Source: Leucoraja erinacea (taxonomy: Eukaryota). From it: a DNA stretch of 64,000 bases. Below are positions 37,301 through 49,300 of the stretch, piece after piece (the first letter of the stretch is position 1; every line of letters begins with the position of its first letter). The notes under the pieces were generated by a model. That model ran no database searches. It was not told the origin of the DNA and saw nothing but the letters and a program-made list of their open reading frames with translations. Location of the stretch: contig NC_073411.1 of NCBI RefSeq assembly GCF_028641065.1, positions 13,578,001-13,642,000 on the forward strand, in the 5' to 3' direction. A program made the position numbers and the translations under genes.

Positions 37301-40300
37301 TCTTCACCCTCTCACCTTAAACCTATGTCCTCAAGTTCTTGATTTCCCCTTGTCTCATTAAAGCACTCACCCTATCTAGTCCCCTCGTCTTACACACCTC
37401 TATAAGATCACCCCTCGTCCTCCTGCGCTCCATGGAATAAAGTCCTAGCCTGCCCAACCTCTCCCTGTAGCTCAGTCCCTCGAGTCCTGGCATCATCCTT
37501 GGAAATCTTCACTGCACTCTTTCCAGCTTAAGGGCATCCACCGTCTGATATAATTAAGTAAAAATATCAAAAAGATCGATTTGTATTAGCACCAACAGAT
37601 AGTGCTCTCAGGGTTATTTCACTAGCCTTTCTGTGGAATAGAAATATTTGGACAGCATGGTGGCACAGTGGTAGAGTTTTATATATTCTATGTTTTGTGT
37701 TATTCTGTAGATTGGCAAACCTCTTAGAAATGTAGAAGGTGGTTTATGGTATGAACTGCAGTTTGTTGAATTTGCCTTCGAGCTCTCACTGCCAGTAAAG
37801 TTATGGGGAGCAAATGAAATTCTTATTAAATATTCAAGTGAGTTGTGTAAAAGACTTGGCAACAATACTGAAGTTTTGTTTTCTTTCAAAATGGCAATAG
37901 ATTTGAACTGTATAAGAATAAAATGAAGAACATATTAATGAACTTGCAAGTGTGTTAGTATGGCCTCCAATTGTCCCCACCAGCTAAATAATTGCACAAA
38001 TGATTATTATTTGAGATCCACTGGAGCTCAGTTACTGAGATTTTTATTGGATCTTTTACAGCCAAAGCTTCTACATAAAGTTGTGGAATGCCTGGAAGCA
38101 ATAGACTTTGTCACCATCACCCTTTCCAAGGGAGATTCCAAGTTCATGGTAAGTAATATTTCTCCAGTTGCTGCAATGAGAAAACAATAAACAAAAGCAG
38201 AATTTTATTTTTTTGTCAGTCTGGAATTGTCTCCCTTTCACCCATTGTATTAAAATCACAAATAAAATGATGGAAGAGTGGATTTTAGACGACTTCATCA
38301 AATATGTATATACTAACATCCTAGTCATAAACATATTCCTGTGGTGGCACGGTGGCGCAGCGGTAGAGTTGCTGCCTTACCGCGCTTGCAGCACCAGAGT
38401 CCCGGGTTCGATCCCGACTATGGGTGCTGTCTGTACGGAGTTTGTACTTTCTCCCCGTGACCGCGAGTGTTTTCTCCGAGATCTCCGGTTTCCTCCCACA
38501 CTCCAAAGACGTACAGGTTTGTAGGTTAATTGGCTTGGTTTTGTATACTTGGTATAAGTGTCCCTAGTGTGTGTAGGCTTGTGTTAATGTGCGGGGATCG
38601 CTGGTCGGTGCGGACACGGTGAGCCGAAGGGCCTGTTGCTGCACTGTATCTCTAAACTAAACTGCATGGAAGCAGGCCCTTCAGCCCACCTTGTCATATT
38701 GAGCTAGTCCCATTTGCCTGTGTTTGTCCCATAGCCCTCTAAACCGTTCCTATCTATCTTCTCCAAATGTCTTTGAAAAGTCATAATCATATCCACTTCC
38801 ATAGCTTCCTCTGGTTCTTTCCAGATATGGACTACACTGAGTGAAAACAATTCTCCTGAATTCCCTCATAAATCTCTTCCTTATGACATAGGCTTAGATT
38901 CATCAGGATCTTAAAGTTATGCCGTCTAGTTTTAGATTCCTCGACTCTGAAATAGATTGTGAGCGTTCACATTCTCCATGCCTCTCAGGATCTTGTACAT
39001 CTTAATAAGGTCACCCCTCGGCCTCCTATGCTCCAAAGAAAAAAGTCCTTGCCTATCTAACCTCTCCATGTAATTCAAACCTGCAAACCCAGGCAACATC
39101 CAGATGAATCTCCGCTGCACCCTTTCCAGCCGAATGATATTTTCATTTAGCTGGGTGACCAGAACTCCATATTGTACTCCATTCAGTATTCAGTACTGGA
39201 TAGTTTTGGGCCATTGCTTTGATGACAAATTAGACTGTCTGTGGAACTGATGCGCTATAATACTGAGAACTAATTCTGCACTCTGTATCTTCCCCTTTGC
39301 TCTATCTATTGTAGAAACATAGAAAATAGGTGCAGGAGTAGGCCATTCGGCCCTTCGAGCCTGCACCGCCATTCAATATGATCATGGCTGATCATCCAAC
39401 TCAGTATCCTGTACCTGCTTTCTCTCCATACCCCCTGATCCCTTTAGCCGCAAGGGCCACATCTAACTCCCTCTTATATATAGCCAATGAACTGGCCTCA
39501 ACTACATTCTGTGGCAGAGACTTCCACAGATTCACCACTCTCTGTGTAAAAAATGTTTTTCTCATCTCAGTCCTAAAAGATTTCCCCTTTATCCTTAAAC
39601 TGTGACCCCTTGTTCTGGATTTCCCCAACATCGGGAACAATCTTCCTGCATCTAGCCTGTCCAACCTCTTAAGAATTTTGTAATTTTCTATAAGATCCCC
39701 CCTCAATCTTCTAAATTCTAGTGAGTACAAGCCGAGTCTATCCAGTCTTTCTTCATATGAACGTCCTGACATCCCAGGAATCAGTCTGGTGAACCTTCTC
39801 TGTACTTGAGTTGTACTTGAGTTTAACTTGATTGTATTTATTTATATCCAGTATTACCTGATCTGATTAGATAGCATGCAAAACAAAGCTTTCCACTGTA
39901 CCTCAGTACAGGTGACAAACATGTTAAATGCATCGATACTATTCACTTCACCCACTCCCTGGAGCAGGGAGTTGCACATTTTCACCACTCTTTTGATATA
40001 ACAATTTCTTTGGAATGTTCTAATTTCTTGGTAATTGAATCATGATAGCTTCTGGTAATACTGTTTCCTGTTTTCCTAAATCTACTCTATCAAAACGATT
40101 TTCAATTGCCGTTTCAAAACAAGGTCCCTTAAAACAAACGGGTTGAGCTTGAGTTATTGCTAATCAATATGAACCTCTACAAAGGAATGTAAGAGGATGC
40201 ACTTTGGGTTTCATCCAGATCTTTGAAATTAAGTCAGTAATGTTTATCTTAAATTGCTTCCTGTGGGTAAACTGACACCTTCATTTTATCATTTCAGTCT

Positions 40301-43300
40301 TTGCTATTCTTTTAAACTTGAAGCACCTGATCTGCGGAAGGTTTTGAACTTTTAATCACATGTTTTCCCTCTGCTTTTGAAGTATTCTGACAAGTGTGGC
40401 GAGCTTTCTGTAGGAGTGGCAGACCACTGCTGGTTTACACTTCAGAAGTCTGTTCATTGATCTTGGTTTAAGATCATCATGAAAGACACTGTGGTGTCTG
40501 TTCACCTGCAACTCTCGTGGCTTTTGAAAACACGAGTTAATTGACTTTCCTCGTAAAGAGGTGTGAAGTACAATTTGATATATAAATATCAAAATTAATT
40601 TTGGTGTTGAATTACAAGCACAATAACGGTGTCTCCCAAACAAAGATCTTATTCTCTCTTGTCAAGATGTGAAGCGATTTTGTTGATTGTGACACGGCTC
40701 AGATTGCTGTAACAGGCTACAGAATGAAGTCGGCAGAGTTTGTGGCAATGACACATCTCTCCCTGATGAGCGCAATGTGTTCTGTGGTGATTTTGAACAG
40801 TAGATCAATGGGCTGATGTTGACTGCACCAACAGCCTCGGGTGTATCTCTACACACAGTCACCATCACACACATCAGATCGGTCTTTCTGAGATTGGAAA
40901 CCCCTGGAAACTGACTGGCAAGGAAGGAGACTTGTCTGTGTCCTCAGAACCTGTACGGACTAGCTGGCAGGAGCATCCGCTGACATATTTAACTTCGTCC
41001 TACTCCAAACTGAGATTCCCACCTGATTGAAGAAGACCGTTATCCTCTTGGTGACAAGGTAGCGTGCCTTAGTGACTACTGCCCAGTGGATCTGACATCC
41101 ATCATCAATCAGCATGTGCTTCAAGAGGCCGGTCATGGTGCACATCGTCATCAGACTCCCAGACAGCCTTGATCCACTGCCACAACAAGTCAATACACAA
41201 TAGGTGCAGGAGTAGGCCATTCGGCCCTTCGAGCCAGCACCGCCATTCAATGTGATCATGGCTGATCATCCCCAATCAGTACCCCGTTCCTGCCTTCTCC
41301 CCATATCCGCTGACTCCGCTAGTTTTAAGAGTCCTATCTAGCTCTCTCTTGAAAGCATCCAGAGAACCTGCCTCCACCACCCTCTGAGGCAGAGACCTTG
41401 GCAGATGACATCTCCATGGCCCCACCCTCGTCCCCAGAACATCAGGATAACAAGGACATTGATGTAGATGTGACTCTATTCACTATGGCTCCACATTCAA
41501 TGCCATAATTCCAACCAAACTCAAGTCCAGACTCCTGGACTAGGGCTCAGTGCAGCCCTCTGCAACTGGATCCTTGACTTCCTGATCCAGAGACTGCAAT
41601 GAGCAAGGATAGGCAACAAAACATCCTCCACAATTCTCAACACCAATGCCCCAAATGGATGCATTCTCATCCCCTTACTTTCCTCCGTAAACTCTCAAGA
41701 CTGTGTGGCCAAATTCAACTCGGACTCCGTTTATACATTTGGAGATGACAGCGCCATGCTGAGCTAGATCGCGACCAATGATGAAACAGAGAGCTTAGTA
41801 GCGTCACGTCAAGACAACAACCACTCCCTCAGTGACAGCAAATTACAAGAGTTGGTCAATAACTTCAGGAAGTGGGGTGGTGTACACGCCCCAGTCTACA
41901 TCAGTGGGGACGGTCAGAAGCTTCAGGTTTGCTCGGTGTAAATATCACTCACGGCATGTAACACCTACTTTCCCAGCACGGCCAAGAAAGTACACCAACA
42001 CCTCTACTTCCTCAGAAAGGGGCAGCGTTAGAGTTGCTGCCTCACAGCGAATGCACGCTGGAGACCCGGGTTCGATCTTGACTACGGCTGTTGTTTGTAC
42101 GGAGTTTGTACGTTCTCCCCGTGACCTGCGTGGGTTTTCTTTGAGATCTTCGGTTTCTTCCCACACTACAAAGACGTACAGGTTTGTAGTTTAATTGGTT
42201 TGGTAAATGTAAAAATTGTCCCTAGTGGGTGTAGGATAGTGTTAATATGTGGGGATCGCTGGTCGACGTGGACCCGGTGGGCTGAAAGGGCCTGTTTCCA
42301 CGCCATATCTCGAAACTAAACTTAAAAAAAATTGATATGTCTCCAATAACTCTTACCAATTTCTACTGATACTCCAATATAATGTGATGTGTTGGAATGT
42401 ATCACAGGTTGATGTGGCAATTGTTTGGTCCATCACAAAAGTAGCAGAGTTGTGAAAGCAGCAGGTCCAAACTTTAAATGTGATGCATTCATTAGCCATT
42501 TGAGTTACTTCTGTTAACTCTTTCTGCTTTCAGTTTTGTATTCAGCTTGCTTTTAATTCTGCTACTTCTCATTCACTCCATATGTTCTATCATGGTTTGA
42601 ATCTATTTCACAGTACCTTTTTGAAGGCCTTATAATCAATTCCTGTTTTTAATAGAGTTGTGGTTCAGAACTTTTACAGTTCTGCTGGAGGTTCAACTTT
42701 TATAATTAGTGGTTTTTCTTTATTGGGATGCGTCGCAGCTTGGTTTGGGGACAGCTTCATCCAAGACTGCAAGAAATGGCAGAGAATTGTGGACGCAGCC
42801 CAGACCATCACACAAACCAACCTCCAGCATACCACAAACCAAGGCCACCAGCATAATCAAGGATGAGTTGCACCTCTCTTCTCCCCTCTCCCATCAAGCA
42901 AGAGCTACAGAAGTGTGAAAACACACACCCCCACATTCAGCGAGTTTCTTCCCAGCTGTTACCAGGCAACTGAACCACCCTACTGGATAATTAAACAACT
43001 GGGATTCTTGAAACTTTAGACAACACAGTGGTGCAGCAGTAGAGTTGGTGCCTTACAGCGCCAGATCCCCAGCTGGATCCCAACCACAGGTGCTGTCTGT
43101 ATGGAGTTTGTACATTCTCCCTGTGACCACATGGGTTTTCTCCGAGCACTCCGATTTCCGCCTACATTCCAAAGATATAGAGGTTTTCAAGTTAATAGAC
43201 TTGCCCCTAGTGGGTAGGATACAAAACTGGGTAACATGGAACTTGGTGCTTGGGTTTGCACATTGGTTTGCACAGACTCGGTGGGCACAAGTGCTTGGTT

Positions 43301-46300
43301 CCATGCTGTATCTCTAAAATAAACTAAATTCTAATGTGATGTTTATATTCAACTAAACTCTTTATAATTTCTTGGGAACTTTACTTTCAAAAAGAAAAGA
43401 AATCTCTCTGAAAGGAGAAACAAAGTCAACCTGTATGGGTAGGAACGGTTTAAACTGAAGACAGACACTCAGCGGGACAGGCAGCATCTCTGGAGAGAAG
43501 GGATGGGTGCCATTTTGGGTTGAGACCCTTTTTCAGACTGATTAGATTCAGTCTAAAGAAGGTTCTCGACCCGAAACATCACCCATTCCTTCTCTCCAGA
43601 GATGCTGCCTGTCCCGCTGAGTTGCATTTTGTGTCTAACAAAGTCAATATTTCAGGTTAAGACCAATCACCTAGTTACATTAATTCTTTGCTCTGACCAC
43701 AAGGCTGATGGCCTGATTAATCTTTCCAGCATCTTCGGTTTATCTCAGATTTGGCATGTTCCTACGGCAGCTGAGGAAACACAATCTGCCATAGGCAATG
43801 ATGGTCCAATTCTATACTGTCATCGTAGAGTCTGTCCTCACCTTCTCCATCATGGTCCGGATTGGCTCAGCCACCAAGCACGACATCCAGAGGCTGCAGC
43901 GAATAGTCCGATCCGCGGAGAAGGTTATTGGCAGCAACCTTCCCTCCGTTGATGAACCATACACTGCAAGGGCCAGGAAGCGAGGGGGTAAGATTGTCTC
44001 TGCCCCTCACACCCTGGCCACAAACTCTTTGAATCACTTCCCTCTGGAAGGCGACTCCGGACTGTCAAAGCCGTCACCGCCAGACATAAAAGCAGGTAGT
44101 AGCTCTACTCAATAACCAAAGGTCTAGCCTCCATTTGCTCTGGTATTTTATTTCATTCACATGTTTAAACTAAAATGTCTATTCTTAATGTTTTAATGTT
44201 TTATGTTTTGTTCTTAGTTGTTTACTGTATGTCGTGTTGTTACTTGTGAATGGAGCACGAAGGCAAATTCCTTGTATGTGTACATACTTGGCCAATAAAC
44301 TTCCTTCATTCATTCATTAGTTCATTAATTAATTAATTCATTCATCTGCGGTGTTTTGCTTTTGAAAAGGTTTGAAATTCATGTTGCTGGCAAGCCCAAA
44401 GGCACGAGTTGATTTATGGAGAACTTGAAAAATAATATCTACCTGGCCGTCTGCTCCTGTAAAAAAACGTTTGTTTTTTTATTATTGAAGTGGGTGGGGT
44501 GAAGATCAATGAAAACTAAATGATCAGTACAGCTGCTGACATGCCTGAAGCTATGGCTGCACTCCCATTAAAACCTTTTGGTTTTATGCCATATGCATTG
44601 CCTTCCATAATGTTTGGGACAAAGACCCGTCATTTATTTATTTGATCTGTGCTCCACAATTTGAGATTTGCAATAGAAAAAAATCACATGTGGTTAAAGT
44701 GCACATTGTCAGATTTTAATTAAGGCCATTTTTATACATTTTGGTTTCACCATGTAGAAATCACAGCTGTGTTTATACATAATCCCCCCATTTCAGGGCA
44801 CCATAATGTTTGGGACACAGCAATGTCCTGTAAATGAAACTAGTCATGTTTAGTATTTTGGTGCAAATCCTTTGCATGCAATGACTGCTTGAAGTCTGCG
44901 ATGCATGGACATCAACATTTGCTGGGTGACTTCTCTGGTACGGCTCTGCCAAACCTGTATTGCAGCCATCTTTAGCTTATGCTTGATTTGGGGGCTAGTC
45001 CCCTTCAGTTTTCTCTTCATCATATACATAGAAACGTAGAAAATAGGTGCAGGAGTAGAGGCCATTCAACCCTTCGAGCCTGCACCGCCATTCAATATGA
45101 TCATGGCTAATCATCCAACTCAGTATCCTGTACCTGCCTTCTCTCCATACCCCCTGATCCCTTTAGCCACAAGTGCCACATCCAACTCAAAATTCAGATC
45201 GGGTGATTGACTTCACCATTCAAGAATTGACCGTTTTTTAGCTTTGAAAAACTCCTTTGTTGCTTTAGCAGTTTGTTTGGGATCATTGTCTTACTGTAGA
45301 ATGAACCGCCGGCCAATGAGTTTTTAGGCATTTGTTTGAACTTGAGCAGATAGGACGTGTCTATACACTTCAGAATTCATTATGCTACTACCATCAGCAG
45401 TTGTATCATCAATGAAGATAAGTGAGCCAGTACCTTCAGTAGCCATACATACCCAGGCCATAACACCCCCACCACTGTGTTTCACAGATGAGGTGGTAAT
45501 CTCTCCCTGCACTGGAGACCCGACCTTTTCTCGTCGGGTCTCAGGTGTCGTTGAGGCCGCAACGAGGAGCGGCCTCCAACGGGAAGAAGCCGGGGACTCT
45601 GGTGCCGACTCACCGTTGCCGTCGCGGAGCTGGCCGAGACCGGAGCGGGTGGAGCGGTGGAGGAGCGCTGCTGCTGCTGCTGCTGCTGCTGCCGATGCCG
45701 CTGCTACTGCGGGTCTGCGGACGGCTCGGACGACCCCGCGCGGCTCCCTGGAGGGAGACCGCTTTTCGGGCTGCTGCGGCGGCGAATTCTCCCGCCCGTG
45801 TTGCGGGGTCGAAGAGCTCCTGGAGCGGGGCCTGACACTATTGCCCCGCGCGGCTGGAACGGCCGCGGGACTTTGCGGGCGCACACCGGGGGCTCCAACA
45901 TCAGGACCCGGTGTGCGACCTCGCACCACCCGGCGTGGCTTCAATGGCCGCGGGACAATCGCCATCGCCAGCCGGGGGCTTTGACTTTGACTGTGACATC
46001 GGGGGTGGGAGAGTGCAGTGGAGAGATAAGTTTTTTTTGGCCTTCCATCACAGTTATGTGATGGATGTTTATGTTAAATGTAATTGTGTTGTGTCTGGGG
46101 TCTATTTGTGTGTAATGTATGGCTGCAGAAACGGCATTTCGTTTGGACCCCAGGGGTCCAAATGACAATTAAATTGACTCTTAAATTGACTCTTGACTCT
46201 TGACTCTTGATGCTTTGGATCTTGAGCAGTTCATTCTCTCCTCTATACTTTGCTCTTGCCATCATTCTGATACAAGTTAATCTTCATCTCATCTGCCCAC

Positions 46301-49300
46301 AAGACCTTTTTCCCGAACTGGGGTTGCTATTTTAAGTACTTCTTGGCAAACTGTAACCTGGCCATCCTATTTTTGCATCTAACCAGTGGTTTGCATCTTG
46401 CAGTGTAGCCTCTGTATTTCTGTTCATGAAGTCTTCTGCGGACAGTGGTCATTGACAAATCCACACCTGACTCCTGAAGAGTGTTTCTGATCTGTCGGAC
46501 AGGTGTTTGGGGACTTTTCTTTATTATAGAGAGAATTCTTCTGTCATCAGCTGTAGAGGTCTTCCTTGGCCTGCCAGTCCCTTTGTGATTAGTAAGCTCA
46601 CCAGTGCTCTTTGTTCTTAATGATGTTCCAAACAGTTGATTTTGGTAAGCCTAAGGTTTGGCTGATGTCTCTAACAATTTTACTCTCATAATGGATTATT
46701 TGACTTTCATTGGCACAACTTTGGTCCTCACGTTGATAAACAGCAATAAAAGTTTCCAAAGGTGATGGAAAGACTGGAGGAAAGACTAGTGATGAGAGCT
46801 CTCTTATACCTGTATTAAGAAGGCAATTAAACACACCTGAGCAATACAATGAAGCCATCAAACATTATGGTGCCCTGAAGAGGGGGGAATATGTATAAAC
46901 ACAGCTGTAATTTCTACACGGTGAAACCAAAATGTATAAAAATGGCATTTAATCAAATCTGACAATGTGCTTTTAACCACATGTGATTTATTTCTATCAC
47001 AAATATCAAATTGTGGAATACGGAGGCAAATAAATAAATGATGGGTCTTTGTCCCAAACATTATGGAAGGCACTGTATGCTGGATGTAGTTCATGTAATT
47101 ATGCAATTTAATTACAGGGCTGTTTACTTTAAATTGGTTTTAAATGGCGTTAAAAGAGAGGACATTTGCATAAATATTGTGAGTGTTTATGTGAGGGTTG
47201 TGGCTGTTACAAAATGTACTTTGAGGTCTGCCAATGATGATAGTTGGGATTATAATAAACCCGCTTAATGACCGCAGTCAGCACGTGAAGAAAGAAACAA
47301 TTATTCTGATTTATATTATCTCCTTTAGGTTCTTGTGATGTTCCTTCAACAGCATAGAAATCATTTGTTCTCATCCTCTGTCTCGGCCTGAAATGTCACT
47401 TATCCATGTTCTCCAGCACTCAGTGTCCTTTAGTGTATTAACCAGCATCTGCAGTTCTTTGTTAGGGCATAAAGTCCTATGGGCTGCACAGTGGACGTGA
47501 ATGCAGTCCTGAGTAACGTGCCTTACTCACCTTTACCTAACACGAGCGAGTACTGATAATGTCATAGCACAGCAGCAGCCTCAATATCCATGTCCCCATT
47601 GTACCCATCCATGCTAATCTCAGTTATCCACATTAAGTCCGTAACCTTCTCTGCCTTGGTGAATCAGGTGTTTGTCTCTTGATGCTTCCTAAATATTTGT
47701 GTGTGTGCGCGTGTCTGTGCGTGTGTGTACGCGTGTCTGCGTGTATACCTTCCCCATCTCTAGAACAACATATTTCAGACTGCACCAATCCTCTGTAACG
47801 AAAATTCCCCCTCACATTGGTGTGACGTCTGTATGGTCGTGAGTAGTCGCCCAAAGAGTCGTACCTTTTTCTGGTCGCCGCTGGATTTTCAACATATTGA
47901 AAATTTTCAGCGACCTGCTGTGCGACTATGACGGGTGCCGGCAGTCGGCGAATAAAACGCATAAGTTGGACAAGTCCATAAGCATACTACAACCCTGTAG
48001 GTATGCACGCCTGTAGCAGTGATGAAGAAATGAGATTTGAGAACTACATACCATGAAGAAGGATAAGAAGGCCTTTCACAACAGAAAAAAGAATTGCAGG
48101 ATGTGGTCTCTCCAAACCCTGTGAATGGTATGCTCTGTAGGAAGCAGGAGACTTCTAGCTAATTGTCTGCAGGTCTCATTTTGGCCTGATAATTGATTTA
48201 ATTGTTACTTTGAACTCAGTAGCTACTTCATGAAAGTACAGGTTTAATGAAACGCAATGCTTGCAGCTGTAATTTACAGAGTCGATGAAAAATTTTGTAC
48301 AAATTGTTAAAGGTAGTTTTACATGCATTGACGTTATTTTCGAAGTACCTGAATACAAAGGTGTCAGCTGTAATTGATTTAATGTTGTACATGTAACTGC
48401 CCCAAACCAATTTCATTTAGTATCTCAGAACAGAAAGACGTTTTTTATTCCTTTAATCATTTTAAGCTTTTAACGTATTGGTTAAAAATGTAAAATTCCA
48501 TCAAAGTTTTCAAATCTCCATGTTAATATCCTTCAGAGCAGTAATAAAACGGTGGAGTTCAAAATACTTGACCTCGTTGTAAGGAGCTGAATGGTGCTGG
48601 TCTGGCCCCACACCTAGAATTGTCAGTGGCGCAGTAGTGGAACCGCTGCCTCACAGCTCAGAGACCCAAGTTTGACCCTGACCATGGGTGCTGTCTGTGC
48701 AGAGTTTCTACGTTCTCCCAGTGACTGCTTGGGTTTCCTCCCACATTCCAAAGACGTGCGGGTTTGTAGGTTAATTGGCCCCAGTGTGTAGGATGCAAAC
48801 GTGGGATAACGTAGAACTAGTGTACGGAAATAGACACAAGCTGCTGGAGTAACTCAGCGGGACAGGCAGGAGAGAAGGAATGGGTGACCCTTCTTCAGAC
48901 TGATGCAGAAGTGCAGTGTAGTTGTTCAGACTAGTGTATGGAAGATGGATGGTCGGAGTGGACTCAGTGGGCCAAAGGTCTGACACTAATCTACCGGAGA
49001 AGAGAACTAATCTCACTTGCATTCTGTACCAGTACAATACAATACAATACAATATTTATTACTTGTCATTTGAACCTCAGCGAGGCTCAAACGAAATTCC
49101 GTTTCCACAGCCATACAAACAAAGATAATTTCCTACAGACATACACACAATTCAATTTACAGAAACATCCATCACAATGAACCCACTGTGATGGAAGGCA
49201 AAGTCTTTTCTCTCCCCTGTTCTCCATTATTCTCCCGATGTCGAAGCCCGAGGCGGGCGATGGTGAGTCCCATGGCCATTTTAGGCCGCGCCGGGCGATG

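Noticed and set aside
45324-46061. Overlapping 130-210 aa ORFs on both strands
   Set aside because: Stop-poor GC-rich insertion fused to a Tc1 transposase remnant
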